From assembly GCF_009914755.1 (NCBI RefSeq), contig NC_060928.1: 64,000 bases of DNA; one strand, written 5' to 3'. Position 1 is the stretch's first letter; each line of letters begins with the position of its first letter. Position numbers and translations under genes: made by a program. The stretch is from the human T2T-CHM13v2.0 reference genome, Homo sapiens. Below are positions 1 through 14,206 of this stretch, one piece after another. The notes below the pieces were generated by a model. It worked only from the letters and a program-made list of their open reading frames with translations, made no database searches and was not told where the DNA came from.

Positions 1-420
1 CTCTCCAAGGCGCCTGGTGGAGCGGGTCTCGCGGGCGGGGGACCCCGGCGCCCCGGGCCCCTCCACATCCCGCACGGGTTTTCTTCTCGGCCCCAGCAAG
101 CCTCTTTGGGGTCGAGGTCAAGGAAAGTTCGCACCGAGATCCCCTCTAATTTATTCAAAGGTTTGGCGGCGGCGCGTAATTTTTTCCCCCTCTTCCGCCT
201 ACACCCGCTGCGTCTCCTGGTGTCTCGTTCCTTTCCCTTTACCGGAGTCGATTGCCTCACTGCATGTGTATTCGTGAGTTCGCGGTTGAACAACTGTTCC
301 TTTACTCTGCTCCCTGTCTTTGTTAGTGTTTCTCGGGGTTGTTTCTGTAGGAAGGTGGGGGTGGTGGGCGTGAGAGACAGATGTGGGCTTGTTTTTCTAG
401 TTGCTGAAACTGTATGAAGG
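1..420 (+). promoter_or_regulatory. SMAD1: 3' part of the SMAD1 CpG island / promoter and alternative first-exon region
   Basis: High GC and CpG density that drops sharply after ~300-600; GC box GGGCGG at 33-38; GGCGCC at 9-14 and 47-52; lies upstream of SMAD1 coding exons on the same strand. Confidence 0.8.
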
Positions 421-629
421 CTTTAAAGGGAGAACGTTTTCTTGATGTGCTTTAGGAGGGGAGGAGGAACAAATGCCTGCCAGATCTCACAGCTACAGTA
501 GCTGAGCTTTTGTTTATTTTGAAGAGCATGCAATTTTTAAATACACGGTGCAAGATAACCAGTAAAGGCGCGTTCCTTCTGAAAATTGAGGCCGGTCTCA
601 GAACCATCTCCTGAGAAAGCATCCTTTTC
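150..629 (+). other. SMAD1: Candidate non-coding first exon(s) of SMAD1
   Basis: Donor-like sites TTC|gtgagt (273/274), TTT|gttagt (321/322) and TTC|gtgagt (629/630) beside the CpG island; start positions cannot be read from sequence. Confidence 0.45.
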
Positions 630-2476
630 GTGAGTGCTGAGACAACTGTCCTTTTTCTCTGCCCTCCCCCCTCTTTTCTTTCCATTGTATCTGAAGTTTC
701 AAAGTACGTGGAATGATACAGAAGTTGCATGATTTCTGTTATTTCTTCCTGTTGCTGAAACTCTCAGCCGCTAAATCTCAGAATGCCTCTATTTCAGAAC
801 ATCTCTGGGTCTAATTGCCTGTTGTGGATAACTTGCCCACACCTCAGTAACACAATGAGAAAACTGTTCCCTGCCCATGTTGATTTTTCAAATTGTTTGT
901 AATTACTTTAAATTGTATTGAAGGTAGGTGGACCGTGTTAAAAAAGAATCGGAACAGAAGTGTTCACTGCCCCAGCATTTTCAATTGGTATAAATATTGT
1001 TGCATCAGTGTTATTCTGATGTAGGTGCCAGATCTAAATATGCTGTACTGATTAAAGTGTTTGTTCTGCCCTCTCCCACTCTCTTTCCCATTTGCAATTA
1101 TTTGCTATTTCTGTGCAGGTGGTGTATCATTGGTGTAATACTGCAGTTCTTAGGAAGGTGTAGCTAGGGTCGTGAGAGATGATTTTTCTGGAGGTGGGTG
1201 ATGCCAGAGCCTCTAGAGGATCCAGGCAGGATCGAGTTTCTTCTGAGGGTAGGGATTTGTCCTTGATTTAGTTTTGACCCCTACAACCATAGGTATGTAA
1301 CCAAATACATTTTACCTCTTGCAGTATCCTTTGGTTTCGTATCCTTGAAGAGCTGATGACCTTTGTGTTTTAGAGAAATGACAATTTTTAGGCAATTAAA
1401 GACATTGGCCTCTTACACTTCTTGGAATTTTATGTTATTTTTACTAAGTTCATTAAGGCATTAAGAGGAAGTTGTCACATTTTCTCAACTACGTTTATTA
1501 CATTTATTAGTTAAAAACTAAATTTCACTTTGTAATTTTGATTTCTAGCAATTCTGGGTTAAATATTAAATCTAATAACCTAGTAGATTGGAAAAAGAAG
1601 TAGCTTGGGTATAGTAATTAGACTAGCATGTTTAAGCTGCAGTAGCCTACATAATCAAGGCCAAGTGTGTGTGTATAAAAGATCTCATTTGTGTAGTCTT
1701 ACAAGGCTAATGGAGGCATCACTGAGGCTTTATAAATAATGTAAGTTGGGTATAATGTAGAGTCTCCAGAGACGGCAGAGAAAGCATCATTACCAGCCTT
1801 TTCAACCTGCTTGAGATCTTAAATTGATTTACAGCACTGAACTGGTGCAAAATGATACATCAGGATGACATGGGGTCAGCCTGTAAAAGTCTATGATGTC
1901 AGCCTATTAGTTCAGTCATCATAATTAAACCATATTACAGGGGTAGCTAAGCAGGAGTCTGGCGTTATACTTCAGATATGGGTGGTACATGGGTTTTGTT
2001 TATAGTGGAAAGGCTGAGATGGCCAGGGATACCAGTGTGTGTGAAAGAGGGAAAAGGCTTACAGAACTATGAATTTCTGTAGAAAAATTTAAGATAAATG
2101 CAGAGATATTCAATCTGAATTGTATAAGTAGCTTTTCATTTGGTAGAGGAGAAACAGATGCTTTAGGGATGCTGATAAGGACCTTTGCAGCTCTGATATG
2201 TGTACTGAATGCTTCATGTGAGTTTGAATTTAACTTGGCCTTAGGGACCTTATAAAATATCAGTGGACCACATACTTAACTTTGATCCTTTTATTACCCC
2301 TGAATTTTCACTGTATTGATATCTACTGACATGTTATTTCTTTAACTAGTCAAACTTACCAGGCCTATACCAGAAACAAAGATATTTGAATTGAACATAT
2401 AAACAGTTCAGGAAAAGAAGATCCTTATTTTGCTTAAGTTTCTGACAATCCTTATTTAGCTTATGGATTATCTAGG

Positions 2477-2994
<518 letters not shown>

Positions 2995-3259
2995 CCCCAG
3001 GACCTTTACCTCTTCTCACTTGTTAACTCTACTAATGATTTGTGGAGTCAAAGATGGAAAGACATATATAAACTAATTTTATCACTAACTAGCTGTTCTT
3101 TTTAAAATAAAACACAATTTGGAAGGGACAGTTGAAGCTACTGGATAAAAGGAGTTTGACTTTTCTGTAGATCTTATTTATTATTAGTGTCATCGATTCT
3201 AATTTGGTTTAGAGCCTTAGAGAGAAGAAATAATTGTAGCTAACCCTTTTTTCTGAATT

Positions 3260-3480
3260 TTTACTGTATGTATGCCAGGCATTGTTTATAATACCCATAT
3301 CTCATTTAAGCCTCAAAACTTCCATAAGTACTATTGTTGTCACATTTTACAGGTAAAGAAACTGAGGACAGAATGATTCAGTATCTTGCTTCAGGAGGTA
3401 CAGTGAATGATTATGATTTCTAATCTTACCTGGGATATGATCGAGGCAGTCCAACTCTAGAAACTCCATCTTAACTATGT
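3260..3480 (-). mobile_element. MIR
   Basis: cattttacaggtaaagaaactgagg core. Confidence 0.7.
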
Positions 3481-5924
3481 TTTTTGGTCTTTCGTTCAGA
3501 AGACCCAAATCATCATTGTTCTGCTGTGCTTTACTATGCCAGTATAGACATGACTTGGCTTGTGTATTTTGTAGGTCTTTAAATAAATTTACCTTCTATT
3601 GTGCCTTTCTGGGCTATCTTCTGTCGTTCTTTTGTAAGTGTTTAAGAAAGGAAAAATAATGCTCATCTAAGCAGCACATAATTTGAAGAATAAATCTGGC
3701 ATGAAAATAATGCATTTCAAAGCCAAATTAGTTTTATCTCTGCTTTTCTGCATAATTCTTGTCACTTTCCTCTTGCATTTTCTTACATAATCACAAACTG
3801 ATATTAAGTTAGGAGGAAAGTTGTAGTAATTCAGTTTGTCTGTCTTACCAAAATTAGTCTATCTTCCCTGAGCTGTTAAACACTGTAAGAATAGTAATTG
3901 CAAATTCATTGGGGATTTTTAAAAAAACATTCAACATCTATTTTTGTAAATGTTTTACAAGGTCAGGGCTGTTTAAGAATCGATGAAACTATGGATCTTG
4001 TATCTTCTTATTCCCACCTTCCTATCCCAAAATGCTTATATGTCATGGTGAGTTAATGTGTACACTTAACTATCCAAATCTCATGGTCTTTCGGGTGAAA
4101 TATGTCCATGGGACTGCCAAGTGCTTTCATAAACATTAAGATTTGTAATTTCCTTTACAGAGAATAGAGATACTTAGTATTAAAAGTTGCTTTAAAGATT
4201 TTCTAATCTGGTTGGTTCATATCAAGGTGAACAGTCTGAAGTCCAGAGAAGGTAACTGACATCCAAAGTTACCTGTCTAGTGATTGGAAAAGGGAAAGCC
4301 AAGATCTGGACTCCTCTTGGCATTAAGTGCCCTTTTGTTTTCAGGTTTTTTTTCTCCCTACCACGCTCACGATATTTCTGAGGCTTTGGTGTAAGCATAT
4401 CCAGTGTAATTTAGGGAAGGGAGGAAAGAATTTTTTGGCCTGTTAGCAACTTTTTATACCTAACATTGTTTGAGCTAAGTAGGAATCAAATCTGACAACC
4501 AGAGAGAAATGCTTATTTTCTACATATTAAAATTGATTCTTTTTCATTCTGGAGATGGAAAAGAAAAGCCCTATATCTAATTTAATCAATGAGACCTTAT
4601 TAGAAAATGGGAGATCCAAGATTGCACAAAGTTCAAATTAAAGCAGGCAACTCTGACATCTAGCAAAATATACGAATCTCCTCTTGACTCTCGAAAACAA
4701 ATCACATTCCTAACCAAAAGCTAAAGTTTGGGGTATTTAGGGAGCTAGGGAGTCCTAGGGAGAGAATTGGACAGGTCTGAGGAGAAAAAGGATAATTTAA
4801 ATATAAAAAAGTGGAAAAAATCGGTTTTAAGTCATAGCATGTCTTTGAGGTTGATGAAATGTTCTGCTACTTCTATATGTGGTTTTACTCTTTGGTACCA
4901 AGATTTTAGGACATACTTTGATAACAAATAGGGGCATGTCCTCTTTGCCCCAATCTGAAACCTCTTGACCCTTTATTTTCCTTTCCTGCTGTTATCTGGT
5001 AGTACAAATATTCAGTCTAATCTGTTGATCTGGCATCTGATTTGCAGCAAAAATACCTGAAGTATTTTCATCACTCTGCTGTAGCCACCTTTAAAAAGAA
5101 AAGGAAAGAGAAGAAAAAGGCAGAGCCAAATAGTATTAATGTAATTGCTTAAAATCTAAATTAAAATACTCATCTTGCTCTGCGTTATTAAGATGGTGTC
5201 AGTTTTAGAGGTGCAGGGCTAGTCCTATATGCAAAACAGTAATGTCTGTAGCTATTGCGGGCTGACTTGCAGAAATGAGCGGCTTCTCTAGAACATTCAT
5301 TTGCATAAAGGAAACTATCTTTCAGAAAAGAAAAGCCAAAAGTTTCATAAGCAGTTTCACTCCAGTGACTACATCAGAGTTTTAGTAAGGTACTGGGAAC
5401 TACAGTATTTGAACAGTTCAGCATCTTTATAATTTTTGTTATAAGCTAAAATCTGAACTTTAGAGAAGACTCTCTCTTGAAAATAAAGCATTAAATTCTC
5501 TAAGGTGTGAGGAAGTCCTTACCTGGTGATTTTCCCAAATCTCTTTTATGTTCTTAGTGTTTGAAAAAGGAACTTTTTTTTTTTTAATAAGAACCTAGGT
5601 TTGCAGTATAGATTGGTTTCTTAACAAATATTTTTTTTGAGACAATAAGCCTGGATCTGAAGAAAGAACATACAATTGTTAATTATGCATGTATATGCTT
5701 TTGAGTTCAGGATGTAAATGAATATTCACTAGGTCCTGTTTGGGAAGAGGAGGAGAGAGGGGTCTCTCTGTTGATTCAGAATATATTTTTATACATAAGT
5801 TTTAATGCTTTATTTGTAGTTTCCCCTTAATTGTAGGGCTGCTGTACTGTGGATATTTTGCTCTACAATCTGAGATTGTTAGGGTATAGTTACTCCAACT
5901 ATTCATGTATTATCCTCTCCCTGT

Positions 5925-5929
<5 letters not shown>

Positions 5930-5959
<30 letters not shown>
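5930..5959 (+). repeat. (TG)15 microsatellite
   Basis: Read directly. Confidence 0.97.
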
Positions 5960-5960
<1 letters not shown>

Positions 5961-6486
5961 TTTCTTTGTGGTGTGCTTATGCAAAGTAGAAGTATTCCAG
6001 ACCTTTATAGCTTTTTTTTCTTTTAGTTTCAAACACTTCAAGAAAAAAGGTGGGGGGGAGACTCTCTCAACGGTTATAATTAGGCATTAATTAAGCCATT
6101 ATTCAGTTAACTAAATGCAAGATCTTTTGTTTGTTTAGATGGAAAAGAAACGTATCTTTTTAATGAAGGAGGGATATTAAATGGGCCCTTATTTGATCAT
6201 TTTGCTGCAGTATTGTAATAAGTATATGCTTCATTTATTCCCTGAATATTTATTAGTTCTGAGGCTTAATAATTAGAGTATACACAAACATGAAAAATTA
6301 AATGCAGCAACATTATAAGAGCCGTTACAAGGTAGTATAGGAGTAAATTGTACAGACAACTCACATCAGGACCACTGTGGCCTGGAAGGACATGTGAGTT
6401 TGCATAGGCAGAAGGAAGAGGGACATTATAGACAGAGTAATGGCATGAAAAACTGGGAGATAAGCATGAGTGTTGAGTATCTGTAG

Positions 6487-6637
6487 AGCAGCACTGTCCA
6501 ATAGAATTTCTGCAGTGATGGAAATGTTCCACATCTGTGCTAATACAGTAGCTGTAGCCACACATGGAACAGCATTTTTTAAAAAATTAATTTATGTTTC
6601 AGTAGCCACATGTGGTTATCATATCAAATAGCACAGA
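6487..6637. mobile_element. MER3-like hAT element within degraded L2 sequence (~6270-7560)
   Basis: cagcactgtccaatagaatttctgcagtgatggaaatgttc...gtagccacatgtgg. Confidence 0.65.
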
Positions 6638-8464
6638 TCCAGAGGCAGTGAGCAGCCCTGCCTGACCTCAGTGGGTGTTCCTCATGGAGCCTAGTATGGT
6701 GGTGTGGAGGAGATGCTCAGAAAGGTTGACTTCCAGTGAGAATTTTAGGGCCTTAGAGTGCCAGAATAAGGAAACATTGGGAAGTCACTGAAAGTGTTTG
6801 AACATGCAGTTTGCACTGGAGGGATAGAGCCCAGTGCCAGGAGATCAGTAAGAAAGCTATTGAGTTATGTGTGAGATGATAAATCTCTGGTAAAGGTAGA
6901 CATGGAAAGAGAAGGATTTAAAAATAAATAAATAAATAAAATAAAACAAAAAACCATGAAGGCTTGGTGATTATGTGGCTATAAAGTAATGAGAAAGAGA
7001 TGTCGGAGATATATCCTTAAGTTTCTAAACTTGGTGGCTGGAAAACTAATAAAGATGTTACTTAAGAATAGGGAAGAGCTGGTTGTAGAAGAAATAAAAA
7101 TTGTGCAAATGATAAATTAGACTTGATGTGTTAAATTTAAGGTGCGATATCTAAGTCAAAGTATGCTACAGGCAGGTTGGAGATAAGGTTTGGGAGGACT
7201 TGAAAGCTTTACGTTAGACTCTCTGCAGTCATCTGCTGGGTATTCTGAGACAACCACAAAGAGAGAAAGAACTGGTGGATTGAATCTTCCATTGGAGCCC
7301 ACGGTTAGGAATTAATAGAAGGAAGAGGCTAATTTGAAGTAGACTGCCTGAGAGGCTGTTTGACATAGACCAAAGAAGAAACTGGAAGAAAGGCATGGGG
7401 TCAGAGGAGTGGGAAAACCAGGAAGCCACTGGAAGAGAGATTCTAGAAGTAGGTTTGGAGGGGAAAATGTACAGTTCAGGGTGAAGGAGAAGTCGTCAGA
7501 TAATCATGTGAATGCAATTTCAGAGAAGGCTGAATACATTAAGAAGTGAGAGAGTCTTATATTGCCTTAAGTGACTTGAATTTTAAGATAGATGAGACCT
7601 CTTCATATTTGAAGGTTGAGGGGAAGAAGTCAGTGGACAGAGAGCAATTGGAGGTGATGGAGTTAGCCATCTGGAGCACAAGTGACAAATGTTGACCGTG
7701 GTAAGGAGGGAGAGTTGTCTGAGAAAGAAACAGAATGGGGTCCGAGTGAGAAGAAAGCATGTGGCAGAGCTCCTGTGCACTTTTGCTGATTTTCCTGTAT
7801 TGTTGGAGGTAAGTCCTTTCACTGGGATGGTGAGGAGGAAGATCAGCACATGGTAAGGGAAGAAGAACCACCGTAGGTAGTGTGCCAGGCAATCTATAGA
7901 GAAGTCAAATTCTAAACAATTGGGGGGAAACCTGGGGTGAAGTGTGGTGAGGCTGCTGTATAGGAGACTAGGTTAATTGTTACTTTTTGGTATCACTTTG
8001 TGGCCTGGTAGGCTTAGGGATAGCAAATGGGTTCAGAGATAAGACTCTAGAGTCAGATTGCCTGGGTGTAAGACCAAGCCCCAACACTTACTTGTTTTAT
8101 AAGAAGCCTGATGAACTAAATGAATTGAGAAGCAGTAAGCAATGAGAATCTTGGTAATGAAGTAGTGAAATATCAAGTTTGGGAATTTGTAGATAGAGCA
8201 TTTCCCTAACAATTCTAGATAAAGGTTTCTAAGAAAAGTATAGAAATTGAACTAACAGAAGAATCCCTGTAATGATTTTAAAGGTTAAGTTAATTAGAAC
8301 TTAAAAAAATAAGTATTGTATTCTGAATTTTTCTGTGGCTTTTATTACAGCATTCATTACGGTTAAAAACATTTCTTTTTCATTAAACCAATATGTGCTT
8401 AATGCAGAAAGATTCTGCAGTGGATTCTTGTCATAGTGTTAGAAGGAAAGGGGAGTTTGATTTA

Positions 8465-8900
<436 letters not shown>

Positions 8901-9544
8901 AAGTACAAACTACTAATGAACACACAATGTTTTGGTTATGTCCTGGATCAGACTTGATTGAAATGGGGATGATGTCTTCCTTTTTCCTGTATTTTGTTAT
9001 TCTTTGTATACTAGGAAGTATCAGTCTGGGAAGACTGGGCTTTTCTCATTTAAGGAAAGGAAGCCCGAATTTCCCAGCCTCCTAGGAGAATCTGGAGTGT
9101 CAAGGAGGTACAAGATATATACAAAGTAGAGTTATAAGAGGCAGGCACCCTGCTTCCCTCCATAACATGGTTTTCGTCCAGGAGTTTCCTTATTGCAGTG
9201 TGAGGGGCTATCAGTTATACACAGTTTCTCAGTCACCTGGCGTAGATGATGAACCTTGAAGACACCAGTGCTTCCTAGAGCATATTGAAATAGGCCCCTT
9301 TCTCTCCTACCTGAATTGCAGTATTAGATTTTATAGTGGCATTTGCTCATTGATGTGAGACGCAGTGATGGTCTTGGAGTATAGTTTTGATTATTGAGAT
9401 GGACGAGTTTATGAGGTATTAAATAAAGTGAGAAAAGTTCCCCTTGTAGTAAAACCTTATAATGTTTAAAAAAAATGTAAAAGTTAGGCATCAGTGTTTA
9501 ATTTTACAAATTTTTTTAAAGGATAATAGGGGTCATGGGTTTTC

Positions 9545-10316
9545 TGTCAGTAGAAAACTCAAACTGTTTTTCCCTCTGCTCTCACACTACAACAGTCAAC
9601 ACAAAATACTTTTGTGACTAAATGTGTGTGGGTTTTTCGCTACACACCAAACACTGGCTGGGCTGGGTGTCTTCCAATTCAATTTTGACTCTACCTGGAG
9701 ATAGCCTCAGATCCCACAGATTGAAGGTTCAGTCCCACCCACCTCCAACATAAGTCCAGGCTTCTGGAACTTCTGGCTGACCAGCTTCAAGTTGGGGCTC
9801 CTATGACTCCGCTCTTTGGATTCAATTAATTTGCTAGAATGGCTTACAGAGTTCGGGGAAACTTACATTTACTGATTTATTATAAAGGATATTAAAAAGG
9901 ATACAGATGAAGAGATACATAGGGCAAGGTGTGGAGGAAGGGGCATGGAGCTTCCATGCCTAACTTGGGCGTGCCACGCTTCAGGAACCTCTGCATGTTC
10001 AGCTGTCCAGAAGCTCTCTGAACCTTGTCCTCTTGGTTTTTTATAGGGCTTCATTTTATAGGCATGATTGATTATACCATTGGCCACTGGTGATCAACTT
10101 AACCTTCAGCCCCTTGCCCCCTCCCTTGAGGTTGGAGGGTGGGGCTGAAAGTCTCAATCCTCTAATCTTGCCACCATCCTAAAGCTAGTTAGGGGCTGCC
10201 AGCCAACAGTCAATCATTAGCATACAAAAAGACATCACTTTGGAGTCTCCAAGGATTTTAGGAGCTGTATGCCAGAAACAAGGTTGAAGCCCAAATATAT
10301 ATTTTACAGTACCGCA
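9545..10316 (-). mobile_element. MER21-family solo LTR
   Basis: Reverse strand starts TG..aaatatatatttgg..ctcctaaaatccttgga..caaagtgatgtctttttgtatgctaatg and ends ..TGACA; minus-strand TATAAA (10055-10060) precedes AATAAA (9876-9881). Confidence 0.8.
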
Positions 10317-11407
10317 GGTTTAAAAGTCTATTCATATGCTGCCCATAAGGGGATGAGTCTGCTGGTTATTGGTAGGATCCTTACCTAACTGAATTACATT
10401 CAGCCTTAAGTGAGTTCTTACCTTGCCACTAGACAGAATCAGAATTTGTCTGCGTCTTCTGTCTTACCATCTCCTTTCTTTTAAATGACCTGCAAACATT
10501 TTAAAGTTGGATAAAAAAGGCTTTTAAATCTCACCTTCAGGCTCACAACTTGGCCCACTAGCATCCCCTGCCCATCCTTAAGTCCTTTCTGAGTGGGTTG
10601 TGACTGGGAGTACGGGCCCTGAAGTGATATGCATTGGTGAGACTTGTCACTCAAACTCTTTGAGCTAAGTGGTAGAGGGAAGAGAAATGCCAGGAAAATC
10701 GGTCTTAATTTTATCAGAGACAGTAGTTTTTCATGAAAGAGAGTAATGATACAGTGGATATTGCTGTAGAAATTATACAGCTGGTTGCGTATAGCTTGCC
10801 ATCTCATCTATTACAGCTTCCTGTTTTGCTTTTTGCACATTGCTGGCTTTGCAGTCCAACATATTTAATAACAACCTCTTTATTTTTCATGTGTTTATGT
10901 TTGTGTGCTCAGGGCTTCTATTTAGTTTATTCAAGCTTGAGGGAATATTTGATTAGTTTTAAATGTTTTTCTGTTAACTGTGAACAAAATTAATTTGATT
11001 ATCATTTAAATGTTGGCACAAAAACTGTATTTATAGCATTTATTCGCATTCATTTATAGCATATATTTGCTGAAGAGTTTTGTCAATTTGTGTGGGCTGA
11101 GATGTTCTGTATTCTAGAAAAGGCTCCTTTAAAAGGGGTGTGTCCTCACTGTGGAGTTCTCCTTTTTTGTTAAGCTGATATTAATCAATTCAGCAAGTAT
11201 TTCATGCATTCCTGCTGTGCATCCAGCACTGGACTATGTTTTGGATGGGATAGAGAAAACTGTAAGTCATTTTCTGCCCTGAAGAAGCAATCTAATTGGT
11301 AAGAGGAGATTATGCATTTGAAACTTTCACTTCAAAATCAAGGGATTGGGGAAAAAAGTCTGATGCATTTGATAGAGCTTTTTGCCTCTGGCCCACTTCT
11401 ACCTTAC

Positions 11408-11714
<307 letters not shown>

Positions 11715-13071
11715 CCAGTTCATTCTTTCAGCAAGGTTTTGAGTGTCTGTATTTCTATTTATGCTTATGTTCATAGTGTATCTCTTAGACAGCTTGATAA
11801 AGTTGGGGGTAAGGAATTGTAAGTACAGGACCTGCACTGAGGATCTTCTAACTTTAAGGAACAATACAAACCTGCTTGTCTAGTCTAGCATCTGTTGTAA
11901 TGCCTTTTATTACAATTACCTTATTAACTCTTTAGACTGAGTTCCTCGAGGGTATGGCCAGTGTCTTTATGATCTTTGTGCTCGCACAGTGCCTAGTGCA
12001 GTGGTTCTCCCTTGTCTACTCATCAAAATCGTGTGAACAGCTACCACCACAAAGATGCCTGGGCCCATCCTATTGAAGGGTTATGGTAAGGAAGCTTTTA
12101 AAAATACTGTTAATATCCAGCAACATTAAGAACGGTTGGGCTGGCACACAGTAGGTACTTGGTGAATGAATTTTTTCATTTTGTTGTTTTTAGAATTACA
12201 TCAGGAAATATGGTATGTTGTGAGTTCATTGTAGTTATGAACCATGTCTTTTATACTCTGTAGCACCCAGCACTGTGTGATGTCAGTTGTGGGTGCTCAG
12301 ACACACCAGTTAAGTTCTGAGGATTGACTGCTTTGCTTCCCCTTTTTTTCATTGAGGAGAGCAGAGACAGAAAGGATATGTGTGTTTGACATCTCTCCCT
12401 TTTCCCTTTGTGGAAGAATCAGCAGTTCTGTGAATCCCGGAGTCTGCAAATGAGTTATAGAAAGCTGTTGAGGCCTGAGGTGCTTAGATTGCAAAGAGAA
12501 AAGGAGAGGAAAAGTGGCAGAATAGAGCTGTGGCTTATCTGGCTATGTCAGAAAAATTTTTGGTTGTCACGAATTGGAGGGAGACGCTGGAGGGTTGCAA
12601 ATAGCTTCTAGTGGGTAGAGGCCAGGGATGCAGCCAAACATCCTGTAATGCTAAAGTTGAGGAACCCTGAAATAGAGGATAAAAAAGGGGATCAGGAGAC
12701 AGATGGGATAACTGAAGTGGTAGTGTCATGACCGTTTCTGCCACACCAGCACACAGTTTGTGTGCTTTATCTTCCCACTTTCCTTACCCCTTACCACAAA
12801 TCCTTCAGAGTCCAGAGTACTATTTTTGCCATTATCTATAAGTAGCATTGTGACTTACAACTGTGTATTAGGTGTTGAAATTAATATCTTAGCATCTTAT
12901 CTATGTTAAAATATACCTGAAAGATTCCTTTAAATTTTCTTTATCTCTACATCTACTTGATTGGAAAACTATTAACCTCAAGATAAAAAGAGCTAGCAAT
13001 TTTTGTTTTCTTTATGTTTTCAATAAAGGATCTTAAAATAATCAGTGGGAATGTAAAGAAAATTAATTTCC

Positions 13072-13363
13072 TTTTTTTTTTTTTTTTTTTAACTAGACAG
13101 GGTCTTGCTATGTTGCCTAGGCTGAAGGCTGGTGATCACAGCTGATTGTAACTTCGAACTCTTGGGCCTAAGTGATCCTCCTGCCTCAGCCTCCCAAGCA
13201 GCTGGGACTACAGGCATGCACCACAGTGCTTGGCTTTTTTTTTTTTTTTTTTTAAATAAAGGCTATGTTGCCCAGGCTGATCTCAAACTCACAGCCTCAA
13301 GCAATCTTTCCACCTTGGCCTTCCAAAGTGCTGGGATTACAGGTGTGAGCCATTGCACCTGGG
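13072..13363 (-). mobile_element. AluJ
   Basis: Poly-T, diverged dimer, TSD-like aagaaaat(t/g)aatttc on both sides. Confidence 0.88.
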
Positions 13364-13964
13364 TCAAGAAAATGAATTTCTTAAAAGGAGTTTAATTTTA
13401 GTGTTCTACAGATTCATCATGAGAAAAGGATTATTAAGATTTGAACACATACAAGAGCTAATGGTGCCAATTTTCTGATGTCTTGTTGAATGATAGCTTA
13501 TAATGTCTTATTCTAAGCTCTTTAGATTAAAGTGAATTTAATTTTGTCACTGCTGCCTTGATAAAACTCTTGTTTTTTTTTTCATGTTCTGGGTAAGTGG
13601 GAAGGTATCAAGAAGGAAAGCAATAGCAAAAACAAGAATAAATTAGAAAGGGATGGAAGGAGATGGAGGGAATTTTTTAAAACTATAAGCAAATCCTTGC
13701 CTGTTACTCTGCCTTATGCATCAAACCAAGGGGGGGACTACTGTGGAGAAGCAGTAGAGAGGTTACCTTGGCAGGTTCCTTAACTTTTTTTGTGCCTCAG
13801 TTTTGTCATCTATAAAATAGTTCTTGTTCTATAGGACTCGTGTAAGGATTAAGAGACCTATTTAATTAAATTTAAAGTGCTCAAAACAGTGCGTGGTGAT
13901 TCATAATGGTTGTGGTTGTGGTGATGAGGATGATATAAGGATGACTTTTGATTGTTTTTGAATA

Positions 13965-14206
13965 TAGTTGACCCTTGACCAATAGAGGTTCGAACCGCAG
14001 GAGTCCACTTATACTCAGATTTTTTTCTCAACCAAAAGTGGATAGAAAATACAGTATTTGCAGAAGGTGAAACCTGAATATGCAGAGGGGCAGCTTTTTG
14101 TTTATGCACGAGTTCCACAGGGCCCACTGAGACCTGTATGCAAGGATTTTGGTATTGGGTGGTGGGGTCTGGGAACCAGTGCCCCAGGTATACCAAGGGA
14201 TGACTA
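13965..14206. mobile_element. MER8 / Tigger2-derived MITE
   Basis: Ends tagttgacccttga and ccaagggatgacta form TIRs, TA flanks, ~240 bp. Confidence 0.75.

Noticed and set aside
17-730. ORFs of 86-103 aa in the promoter region
   Set aside because: Non-ATG starts or no recognisable homology; expected by chance in GC-rich DNA
5299-5306. Octamer ATTTGCAT (another ATGCAAAT near 59679)
   Set aside because: Isolated motifs without a canonical adjacent Sox site; compatible with chance
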